NCBI GenBank assembly: GCA_964532595.1
Contig: CAZHIQ010000011.1
Span: 5,249 to 69,248 of the forward strand
DNA from: an uncultured Roseivirgaceae bacterium
GTDB taxonomy: Bacteria > Bacteroidota > Bacteroidia > Cytophagales > Cyclobacteriaceae
Reading direction: 5' to 3'
DNA length: 64,000 bases
The notes below the pieces were generated by a model that ran no database searches, had not been told where the DNA came from, and worked only from the letters and a program-made list of their open reading frames with translations. Of this stretch, positions 48,624-57,900 are shown in pieces (position 1 is the first letter of the stretch; each line of letters opens with the position of its first letter). The translations under genes were made by a program, and so were the position numbers.

Positions 48624-49109
48624 ATGAAGACACTTAACCCACAACAGATTCTCGTATGGCTTTCCGAGGTGTATGACCCGGAAATACCGGTGCTGTCGCT
48701 GCCCGACCTCGGCGTTATCAGGAGAGTTGAAGTCGATGGAAAAACCGTAATGATCGAGTTGACGCCTACGTTCGTTGGATGCCCGGCTCTCGACGTGATG
48801 CAGGGCGACATCCGCACGACACTCGCCCGGCATGGCCTGACGGACGTGCAGATAACCGTTTCATTCGAGACACCATGGACGTCCGACCGGATTTCAGAGA
48901 AGGGACGTCAAAGCCTCCGCGCCTTCGGAATTAGTCCCCCCGGCAAGGGAAACCTCATCCCGGATCTGGCCATTCTTGAATATTGTCCCTGCCCCCGTTG
49001 CGGCAGCATCGAGACAGAACTCCGGAACATATTCGGGTCCACCCCGTGTCGTTCCATTCACTTCTGCCTGCGGTGCCGCGAGCCGTTCGAACAATTCAAG
49101 CCGCTATAA
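48624..49109 (+). CDS. paaD: Phenylacetyl-CoA epoxidase subunit D (PaaD/PaaJ)
   Basis: DPEIPVLS, TPTFVGCPA, GISPP, CPRCGS, FGSTPCRS, CREPFEQFKPL. Confidence 0.93.
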   Translation: MKTLNPQQILVWLSEVYDPEIPVLSLPDLGVIRRVEVDGKTVMIELTPTFVGCPALDVMQGDIRTTLARHGLTDVQITVSFETPWTSDRISEKGRQSLRAFGISPPGKGNLIPDLAILEYCPCPRCGSIETELRNIFGSTPCRSIHFCLRCREPFEQFKPL

Positions 49110-49118
49110 GCGATTGCC

Positions 49119-50783
49119 TTAGACCCGAAAAGCCTTCTTGCTTGTTTTTCTGTGTCCCTTCTTGGCGAAGCCACCTTTGTTCTTCGGGGGCCTGTCGGCT
49201 GTAGCCTCAATACGTACCGTACGCCCTTTGAATGAAATTCCATGAAGGCGTTGCTTTACTCTTTCCGTAAAACCGTCGGCAATCTGAAAGAAAGAGTAAG
49301 CTCCTTTGAGTTCAATGCGTCCTACCTTGTCTCTTGAAAAGTCACAACGATCACAGATCAGCGCCAACATCTTCCCGGCATCGAAGCCATCCATTTTGCC
49401 GAGGTTGATAAACACGCGATCACCCATGGGCAACTCTTCCGTTTCCCTGCCGCCATCGGTAACGTTAAGGTCGGGGGCGTTCCGATAATACTCCAGCGTG
49501 TTATTGAATTGCAGGGCGAGAAAACGACTGATGAGTTCCTCCCGCGACAATTCAGCCAGCTGACTGTCTACGACCGAAGCGAGTTCAGCGAGTTCCGGAT
49601 GAGCAACGTTTACTTCACGCAGCTCGGTAACCATCTTAAGTAATCGTTGTTCGCAAACCTCCTGCCCCGTGGGGATGGCTACTTTTTCGAAAGTGATACG
49701 CATAGCTTTTTCAATCTGCCTTATACGTGAAAGCTCGCGTCGATTAACCAAGGCCAGCGACACACCGGTTTTCCCGGCACGTCCCGTGCGACCACTCCGG
49801 TGCGTATAAAACTCGATTTCGTCAGGGATATTGAGGTGAATAACGTGCGTCACATCACTCACGTCGATGCCGCGCGCAGCAACATCCGTTGCCACCAGAA
49901 GCTGGATCCCGCGATTTCTGAAACTCCGCATCACTTTGTCGCGCTGTTGCTGCGTCAGGTCTCCATGGAGAGCATCTGCATTATAACCGTCGCGAATCAG
50001 CTGCTCAGCCACTTGCTGTGCTTCCATCTTCGTTCTGCAAAAGACAACGCCAAAAATGTCAGCGGAATGATCAACAAAACGCTTTAGAGCAGCATAGCGA
50101 TCGCCGTCGCGCAGCAAAGCATATTGATGCGTGATGTTCTTGTTCCCGCCATGACGCTCGCCAACCGAAAGCTCGAGGGGCTGATCCATGTAGGTATTTG
50201 CGATTCGCCGCACTGTAGGAGGCATGGTCGCCGAGAACAGCCATACTCGCTTTTGGTCGGAGGTATGGGACAGAATATGGTCGATGTCGTCTTTAAAGCC
50301 CATATTGAGCATCTCATCCGCCTCATCGAGAACGAGAAAGCGAACGACGCTCAGGTCAACGGCCTTTCGACCGATCAGGTCCATAAGTCGACCCGGAGTA
50401 GCGACAATAATTTGCGCTCCTTTCTTGATAGCCCGGATCTGATCTACGATACTTGAGCCTCCGTAAACGGCGACTACGTTCAGGCGTTTTACACCGCGCG
50501 AAAAGTTTTCAAAGTCGCGCGTAATCTGAAGGCAAAGTTCGCGGGTTGGTGCAAGCACCAGAGCGCGCGTAGTCTTGTCTTCATCGTCGATAAGTTCTAT
50601 TAGCGGAAGGCCAAAGGCGGCAGTTTTGCCGGTTCCCGTCTGAGCCAGTGCGACGAGGTCGCGGTCATTGCCAAGAAGGAAAGGGATGGCTTTTTGCTGA
50701 ATTGGTGTGGGGGTTTCGAAGCCCAGCTGTGCCACCGCTTCAGCGAGGTCCCCGGACAGGCCGAGGGTTGAGAATGAATGCAT
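49119..50783 (-). CDS. DEAD-box RNA helicase with a C-terminal DbpA-type RNA-binding domain (DeaD/CsdA-like)
   Basis: AQTGTGKT, PTRELC, DEADEM, SAT, ATDVAARGID, HRSGRTGRAG. Confidence 0.95.
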   Translation of the reverse strand: MHSFSTLGLSGDLAEAVAQLGFETPTPIQQKAIPFLLGNDRDLVALAQTGTGKTAAFGLPLIELIDDEDKTTRALVLAPTRELCLQITRDFENFSRGVKRLNVVAVYGGSSIVDQIRAIKKGAQIIVATPGRLMDLIGRKAVDLSVVRFLVLDEADEMLNMGFKDDIDHILSHTSDQKRVWLFSATMPPTVRRIANTYMDQPLELSVGERHGGNKNITHQYALLRDGDRYAALKRFVDHSADIFGVVFCRTKMEAQQVAEQLIRDGYNADALHGDLTQQQRDKVMRSFRNRGIQLLVATDVAARGIDVSDVTHVIHLNIPDEIEFYTHRSGRTGRAGKTGVSLALVNRRELSRIRQIEKAMRITFEKVAIPTGQEVCEQRLLKMVTELREVNVAHPELAELASVVDSQLAELSREELISRFLALQFNNTLEYYRNAPDLNVTDGGRETEELPMGDRVFINLGKMDGFDAGKMLALICDRCDFSRDKVGRIELKGAYSFFQIADGFTERVKQRLHGISFKGRTVRIEATADRPPKNKGGFAKKGHRKTSKKAFRV

Positions 50784-50808
50784 GTAAAGATTTTAATGAA
50801 ATAAGGCG

Positions 50809-50816
50809 CAAAGGTA
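50809..50816 (-). promoter_or_regulatory. -7 promoter box TACCTTTG (DEAD-box gene)
   Basis: caaaggta on + strand, 25 nt above the ATG. Confidence 0.65.
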
Positions 50817-50912
50817 CGTCAATTAATTGACAACACCGCCTACCCCTAAAAAAGGGGCCTTCGGACCTGGAATAACCCTTTATTGGATTTCGACAGGCTC
50901 CATGGAGCAAAT

Positions 50913-50958
50913 ATCTGCCATGAAGCCCAGGTTACCGCGGGCTTCATGACTGGCAGAT
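50913..50958. repeat. Long inverted repeat just after the sdhB stop
   Basis: ATCTGC-CATGAAGCCC...GGGCTTCATG-act-GGCAGAT; no clear U tract. Confidence 0.7.
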
Positions 50959-50959
50959 G

Positions 50960-51709
50960 TTAGGGGTTTTCCGACGTGAATTTCGCTCTGAAGTACTCCC
51001 GGTTCATTCGCGCAATATTGGAAACGCTTATTCCTTTAGGACATTCAGCTTCACAAGCGAGCGTGTTGGTGCACGATCCAAAGCCTTCTGCGTCCATTTG
51101 AGCCACCATTCGCTCGACCCGCGTTTTCCGTTCCGGCTGGCCTTGCGGCAGCAGCGCGAGTTGCGACACCTTGGCGCTCACAAAAAGCATAGCTGACGAA
51201 TTCTTACAAGCCGCAACACAAGCGCCACACTGAATACAAGCCGCGGCATCAAACGCCTTGTCAGCGTTCGATTTGGGAATGGGAATCTCGTTGGCATCGG
51301 GGACTCCACCTGTGTTCACGGAGATGTAGCCTCCAGCCTGTTGAATACGATCGAAAGCTTCCCTATCGACGATAAGGTCTCTGACCACAGGAAACGACCG
51401 GGCGCGCCAAGGCTCGACCGTGATGGTCTCACCGTCGCTGAACGAACGCATATGCAACTGGCAGGTGGTAGTCTGCAGCGGACCATGGGGGCGGCCGTTT
51501 ATGTACATACTACATGCGCCACAAATCCCCTCACGGCAGTCGTGATCAAAGGCTACCGGCTCTTCCCCGCGTGTGATTAATTGTTGGTTTAACACGTCAA
51601 ACATTTCGAGGAATGACATATCCGGTGAAACATCATCCAGCTGATAAGTCTTGAACTCACCCTTAGCCTTTTGATCTTTCTGCCTCCAAACCTTGAGTGT
51701 GATTTTCAT
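50960..51709 (-). CDS. sdhB: Succinate dehydrogenase/fumarate reductase iron-sulfur subunit
   Basis: [33 protein letters not shown]. Confidence 0.96.
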   Translation of the reverse strand: MKITLKVWRQKDQKAKGEFKTYQLDDVSPDMSFLEMFDVLNQQLITRGEEPVAFDHDCREGICGACSMYINGRPHGPLQTTTCQLHMRSFSDGETITVEPWRARSFPVVRDLIVDREAFDRIQQAGGYISVNTGGVPDANEIPIPKSNADKAFDAAACIQCGACVAACKNSSAMLFVSAKVSQLALLPQGQPERKTRVERMVAQMDAEGFGSCTNTLACEAECPKGISVSNIARMNREYFRAKFTSENP

Positions 51710-51766
51710 CTATGTGAATATTTATGAATTCGTCAATAGAAGCATTTCAGTGCTCCTCTGTTTGTT

Positions 51767-53689
51767 TTATTTATAACTCCGTTGCGTGAGCTTCACGTTT
51801 TCAAACTCGAGAGCTTCCTTGTGAAGTACTTCAGGCTTATTGTCGCCGGTGTATTCCCATGCGGCGACATATGAGAACTGATCGTCTTTTCGCAACGCCT
51901 CCCCATCCGGAGTTTGAGACTCTTCGCGGAAGTGTCCACCACAAGATTCCGAACGATGGAGGGCATCGTCAACCATCAGCTCGGCAAGTTCCATGAAGTC
52001 GGCCAGACGCCCGGCTTTTTCAAGCTCCTGATTCAACTCTCCAGCCCCGCCAAGTACATTGACGTTCTCCCAAAACTCGGAACGCAGTTCCTGAATCCGG
52101 ACCTTTGCCTTCTTCAGTCCTTCCTCGGTGCGTGACATACCACAGTAGTCCCACATCACCAGTCCCAGCTCACGGTGCAGCTGATCTACTGTTTTCTTTC
52201 CACGAATGCTGAGAAGCTTTTCGATGCGACCATTCACATTTTCCATGGCCTCGCGGAACGCGGGGTGGTCTGCGGGGATGCGATCGTCCCAACCGATATT
52301 GGCGAGGTAGTCTCCGATTGTATAGGGAATAACGAAGTATCCGTCGGCAAGGCCCTGCATAAGCGCACTGGCGCCAAGACGGTTCGCGCCGTGGTCTGAG
52401 AAGTTCGCTTCGCCGAGCGCGTATAATCCGGGGATAGTCGTCATCAGGTTATAGTCTACCCAAAGGCCACCCATCGTATAGTGGACGGCAGGGTAAATCA
52501 TCATCGGCACCTCATATGGATTGTCACCCGTGATCTGCTGATACATGTCGAAGAGGTTGCCGTACTTCGCCTCGATCACTTTGCGGCCATCGCGTTTGAT
52601 GGCATCCGCAAAATCGAGGAAGACCGCCAACCCTGAGCCTACACCACGACCCTCATCACACACATATTTTGCATTGCGGGAGGCAACGTCGCGCGGTACC
52701 AGGTTCCCGAAAGAAGGGTATTTCCGCTCGAGGAAGTAGTCGCGCTCCGATTCGGGGATACTTACAGCGTCTTTCGCCTTGAGCCCCGGCCGGGCAGTCT
52801 TGGGTACCCACACGCGCCCGTCGTTACGGAGCGACTCCGACATAAGAGTCAGTTTCGACTGGTGATCGCCGGATACGGGAATACACGTAGGATGTATCTG
52901 CGTAAAGCACGGGTTTCCGAATAAAGCACCTTTCTTGTGTGCCCGCCATACCGCGGTGGCGTTCGAACCTTTGGCATTGGTTGACAGGTAGAACACGTTA
53001 CCATAACCACCGGTACAAAGTAACACCGCGTGACCACTGTGTGCTTCAATGGCTCCTGTAACAAGATCACGGGTGATAATGCCCCGCGCTTTGCCATCGA
53101 CCACGACCAGGTCGAGCATTTCGGTGCGGGCATACATTTTCACCTTTCCAGCTGCAATCTGACGGTTTAGGGCACTGTAGGCGCCCAGCAACAGCTGCTG
53201 TCCGGTCTGTCCCCGTGCATAGAAAGTCCGGGAAACCTGCGCACCTCCAAATGAACGATTATCGAGAAGGCCGCCATACTCACGGGCAAACGGAACGCCC
53301 TGAGCAACACATTGGTCAATGATATTGACACTCACTTCGGCGAGACGATAAACGTTCGCTTCGCGGGCGCGATAGTCGCCTCCTTTTACGGTATCATAGA
53401 ACAGGCGATAAATACTATCGCCATCGTTGCGGTAGTTCTTGGCAGCGTTGATTCCCCCTTGCGCAGCAATACTATGCGCGCGTCGGGCGCTGTCCTGAAA
53501 GCAAAACGCTTTGACGTTATACCCCAGCTCGGCCAGAGACGCCGCAGCTGACGCGCCGGCAAGACCCGTACCGACTACAATGATCTCGTACTTCCGCTTA
53601 TTAGCGGGGTTGACAAGCTTAAGATTAAACTTATGTTTGGACCACTTCTCGGCTATCGGTCCCTCGGGAATCTTCGAATCTAATTTCAT
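51767..53689 (-). CDS. sdhA: Succinate dehydrogenase/fumarate reductase flavoprotein
   Basis: [44 protein letters not shown]. Confidence 0.97.
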   Translation of the reverse strand: MKLDSKIPEGPIAEKWSKHKFNLKLVNPANKRKYEIIVVGTGLAGASAAASLAELGYNVKAFCFQDSARRAHSIAAQGGINAAKNYRNDGDSIYRLFYDTVKGGDYRAREANVYRLAEVSVNIIDQCVAQGVPFAREYGGLLDNRSFGGAQVSRTFYARGQTGQQLLLGAYSALNRQIAAGKVKMYARTEMLDLVVVDGKARGIITRDLVTGAIEAHSGHAVLLCTGGYGNVFYLSTNAKGSNATAVWRAHKKGALFGNPCFTQIHPTCIPVSGDHQSKLTLMSESLRNDGRVWVPKTARPGLKAKDAVSIPESERDYFLERKYPSFGNLVPRDVASRNAKYVCDEGRGVGSGLAVFLDFADAIKRDGRKVIEAKYGNLFDMYQQITGDNPYEVPMMIYPAVHYTMGGLWVDYNLMTTIPGLYALGEANFSDHGANRLGASALMQGLADGYFVIPYTIGDYLANIGWDDRIPADHPAFREAMENVNGRIEKLLSIRGKKTVDQLHRELGLVMWDYCGMSRTEEGLKKAKVRIQELRSEFWENVNVLGGAGELNQELEKAGRLADFMELAELMVDDALHRSESCGGHFREESQTPDGEALRKDDQFSYVAAWEYTGDNKPEVLHKEALEFENVKLTQRSYK

Positions 53690-53734
53690 GTCGTGAGAAA
53701 TATTTTCAGGGTTGAATCAACTGATCAAAAACCC

Positions 53735-54409
53735 TTAGGTAAAATACATGTAAACCGGAATCAACGCGAACAGCGCAGGCACAACGATGGAAAAGCCGAC
53801 GCCGAGGCCACGGATCAATCCATTGTACTTAACATGATTCAGACCAAGCGTCTGGAATGCGCTGCCAAAGCCGTGGAAGAGGTGAAATCCGAGCAGCGCC
53901 ATACTCACCACATACAGCAATACAAACCAAACGCTCTCATAAGCCGCATCAACAACCGCATATAAGTTCTTGTACTCTACGCCTGCGTAGGTCGCGGTGG
54001 GAATGCCTCCCCAGTGCATCTCATACCAGAAACTTCTGAGGTGGATCACAAGGAAAATAAAGATGAACGTGCCGAGAATTCCCATATTCCGGGAAGTCCA
54101 GTGCGAAGAATTTTTCGTGACCGCGTAGCCAACCTCGCCCCGGGCAGCGCGATTGCGTCTTGTAAGAATAATCGCCCAGATGATGTGGAATAAAATCATG
54201 GTATAGTTGACGTACGAAATCGTAACAATCAACGGATTAGACGTCATGAACGCCGCGTACACATTAAAGGCCTCCCCGTCGTCAGCCTTTAATAATTGGA
54301 GGTTCCCGATCAGGTGCACAACGAGAAAGAGAATCAGGAATAAACCGGTGAGCGCCATCACGTACTTTCTCCCGATGCTACTGGAGAAAAAATTCGAAAA
54401 CCAATTCAT
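53735..54409 (-). CDS. sdhC: Succinate dehydrogenase cytochrome b subunit
   Basis: SSIGRKYVMALTG, VHLIGNL, HLFHGFGSAFQTLG haem His residues. Confidence 0.94.
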   Translation of the reverse strand: MNWFSNFFSSSIGRKYVMALTGLFLILFLVVHLIGNLQLLKADDGEAFNVYAAFMTSNPLIVTISYVNYTMILFHIIWAIILTRRNRAARGEVGYAVTKNSSHWTSRNMGILGTFIFIFLVIHLRSFWYEMHWGGIPTATYAGVEYKNLYAVVDAAYESVWFVLLYVVSMALLGFHLFHGFGSAFQTLGLNHVKYNGLIRGLGVGFSIVVPALFALIPVYMYFT

Positions 54410-54439
54410 AATTAGTAAAACTGAGTTTGAAGAGTGCGC

Positions 54440-54447
54440 CAAAAATA
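54440..54447 (-). promoter_or_regulatory. -7 promoter box TATTTTTG (sdhCAB)
   Basis: caaaaata on + strand, 30 nt above ATG 54409. Confidence 0.55.
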
Positions 54448-54514
54448 CTCCTCACCGTTTTACTAAACAACGGGGCGATCTATTTAAACAAGTTCCAAAT
54501 AAGCTTGTCTCCGG

Positions 54515-54634
54515 TTAACATCCCGCACAATAAAACTCGAATATGGCTACGAGAATACCGATCGTGACAAGAACCACCAGGAGGAACCACTCTTTCTTTA
54601 GAAAACGCTTGATGTGATCAATCATTAACTTCAT
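54515..54634 (-). CDS. Small membrane peptide, 39 aa, unknown function
   Basis: MKLMIDHIKRFLKKEWFLLVVLVTIGILVAIFEFYCAGC*; basic N-terminus, ~17-residue hydrophobic helix; not in ORF track. Confidence 0.6.
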   Translation of the reverse strand: MKLMIDHIKRFLKKEWFLLVVLVTIGILVAIFEFYCAGC

Positions 54635-54832
54635 TGGATTTTAGGCTTAGTTTGTACTACCTATCCAAAAAAAGCGCCTGATTTTATAACAATCTGTTTT
54701 TCAATTATTTACCATTGTACCCTTCAACTCCTGACCTGGATTTCGTCCCTTTTCCAGCCATCGTCATCCCAAAATGGGAAGAGAAATGCGTCACAAGTTG
54801 TCAATGAACCGGTTGCATATTAGGGAAGTTAG

Positions 54833-54840
54833 TACTTTTG
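54833..54840 (+). promoter_or_regulatory. -7 promoter box TACTTTTG (dnaE)
   Basis: TAnnTTTG 90 nt above the dnaE ATG. Confidence 0.55.
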
Positions 54841-54930
54841 CCAACTGTCTGAGCAGCACTTTAGGCGGGTGACAATCATCTCCCCCTTTGAAGCTGTCTC
54901 CCGACAACAACCACTACAATACACCCGCTC

Positions 54931-57900
54931 ATGTATTTGATATTCGACACGGAAACGACCGGCGTTCCGCATAATAAGACTGCCCCTATCACCGACCTGG
55001 ACAACTGGCCCCGTCTGGTACAGATTGCGTGGCAGCTTCACGATAACAAAGGTCGACTGATCTCCCGGCAAAATCGCATTGTCAAGCCGGAGGGATTTGA
55101 CATTCCATACAAAGCCGAACAGATACACGGCATATCTACCCGTCGCGCTATGGAGGAGGGCCACAACCTCCGCGACGTCCTGGAACTTCTCATTGCAGAC
55201 CTCGCGCAGTGCACGCTGATTGTCGGCCACAACATTGAGTTTGACATCAGTATTGTCGGCGCCGAGTTTATCCGTCAGCAACTGGATGTCGATCAGCTTC
55301 TCAAACTGGAAAAGCTCGATACAGCACTGGCTTCAACCGAGTTCTGCCAACTAGCCGGGGGTATCGGCGGTCGTCTGAAGATGCCGCGACTCACTGAGTT
55401 GCACGAAAAGCTGTTTGGACAAGGTTTCGACGATGCCCACGATGCCAGTTACGACGTTGCCGCGACAGCCCGCTGCTTTTTTGCATTGATCGAAAAAAAG
55501 ATCGTTTCTCCGGCTGACGAAACTGCGCCCGAAGACATTACCTACGAGGCTCCTAATCTCGAGGCTGCTAACTTCAGCAAACGCGAGAAGAGAAAAAGCG
55601 CGGCGTACTCCCTGACCGGCGACGGCGATGTTCCCGTTACTGACAAGCCCTTTGTACACCTCCATGCGCACTCTCAGTACTCAGTCTTGCAGGCCACCCC
55701 GGATGTAAAAAGCATGGTCGCCAAGGCCAAGTCATACGGGATGTCAGCGCTTGCCCTGACAGACCTTGGCAATATGTACGGGGCGTTCAAATTCGTTAAG
55801 GAAGCCCTATCTCAGGAAATTAAGCCCATTGTAGGTTGCGAATTTTATCTGGCCGAAGAGCGCCTGAAACTGAAATTTACCAAAGACAATCCTGATCGAC
55901 GGTTTAACCAGGTGCTCCTTGCGAAGAACAAGAATGGCTATCACAACCTGGCCCGGCTGAGTTCGCTGGCCTTCTCCGAGGGTCTTTACGGCATCTATCC
56001 CCGTATAGACAAAGCGTTAGTCTGTCAGTACAAGCAGGACCTGATCGCCGTAACAGGTGGTCTCAACAGCGAAGTTCCCTACCTCATTCTCAACGTAGGC
56101 GAGAAGCAGGCCGAGGAGGCCTTCCGTTGGTGGCACGAACAGTTCGGAGACGACTTCTACATTGAGTTGAACCGTCATGGCATTCCAGAGGAAGACCACG
56201 TAAATGAAGTACTGCTTCGTTTTGCCGAAAAATATGGGGTTCGCTACTTCGCGGCCAACGAATGTTTCTATCTCGATCGTGAGGAGTCGAACGCTCACGA
56301 TGTATTGTTATGTATTAAAGAAGGTGAATTCAAATCGACCCCGATCGGTCAGGGTCGCGGACGACGATACGGTCTACCCAACGACCAGTATTACTTCAAG
56401 TCGCCTCAGGAAATGAATTCAATCTTCCGCGACCTGCCCGAAGCCCTCGACACGGTGCAGGAAATTGTAGACAAGGTTGAGTCTTACTCGCTGGAGCGCA
56501 ACGTTTTGCTCCCGAAGTTCGACATCCCGGAAGGATTCGAGAGCGAGGATGACTACCTTCGTCATCTTACCTTTGAGGGCGCGCGGAAGCGCTATGGGGA
56601 ATTGACCCAGCCCATCATTGACCGACTGGAGTTCGAACTCAACACCATTAAGAACACCGGGTATCCGGGCTACTTCCTTATTGTTCAGGACTTCACTTCA
56701 AAAGCGAGGGAACTCGGGGTTAGTGTTGGTCCAGGTCGCGGTTCGGCGGCGGGGTCAGCGGTAGCCTACTGCATTGGCATTACCAACGTCGATCCGATCA
56801 AGTACGACTTGCTGTTTGAGCGTTTTCTTAATCCTGACCGCGTCTCCCTCCCCGATATCGATATTGACTTCGATGATGAAGGGCGCGACAAAGTCTTGCG
56901 CTACGTCATCGAAAAATACGGTAGAACTCAGGTTGCTCAGATTATCACCTATGGAACCATGGCAGCAAAATCGTCCATTCGCGACTGTGCACGCGTCATG
57001 GAACTGCCCCTGATGGAAGCTAATGTACTGGCAAAACTGATTCCTGAAAGACCCGGCACGTCGCTCCAGGCAGCTTTTCAGGAAGTCAGGGAACTTGAGG
57101 ACATCCGCAAAGGAGACGACCTTCGGGCACAGGTGCTGCAACAGGCCGTTGTACTCGAAGGCTCGGTCCGCAACACCGGCGTCCACGCCTGCGGGGTTAT
57201 TATCACGCCCGACGACCTGCGAAACTTCGTACCGGTGTCAGTCGCCAAAGACTCCGATATGCTTGTCACTCAGTTTGACAACAGTGTAGTGGAAAGCGCC
57301 GGACTGCTAAAGATGGACTTCCTCGGACTGACGACTCTGACCATCATCAAGACGGCGATAAAAAATATCAAGAAGAGCCGAAACATCGACATCAATATTG
57401 ACGAAGTCCCTCTCGACGACCCGAAAACTTACGAACTGTTCCAGCGCGGCGAAACTACCGGGACATTTCAGTTTGAAAGCGCGGGGATGCAGAAATACCT
57501 CCGCCAGCTCAAGCCCGACAAGTTCGAGGATCTCATTGCGATGAACGCTCTCTACCGCCCGGGACCAATGGAATACATTCCTGCATTCGTAAACCGAAAG
57601 CATGGAAGGGAGCCCATTACGTACGACCTCCCCGAAATGGAGGAATACCTGAGCGAAACGTATGGTATCACCGTCTACCAGGAGCAGGTCATGCTGCTCT
57701 CACAGAAGCTCGCCGGCTTCAGCAAAGGCGATGCCGACGTGCTGCGGAAGGCGATGGGTAAGAAACAGAAGGCGGTGCTCGACAAAATGAAGGACAAATT
57801 TCTGGAGGGGTGCGCACGGAACGGGCACCCCAGGGAAATTTGCGAAAAAGTGTGGGCCGACTGGGAAGCATTTGCTCAATACGCGTTCAACAAGTCGCAC

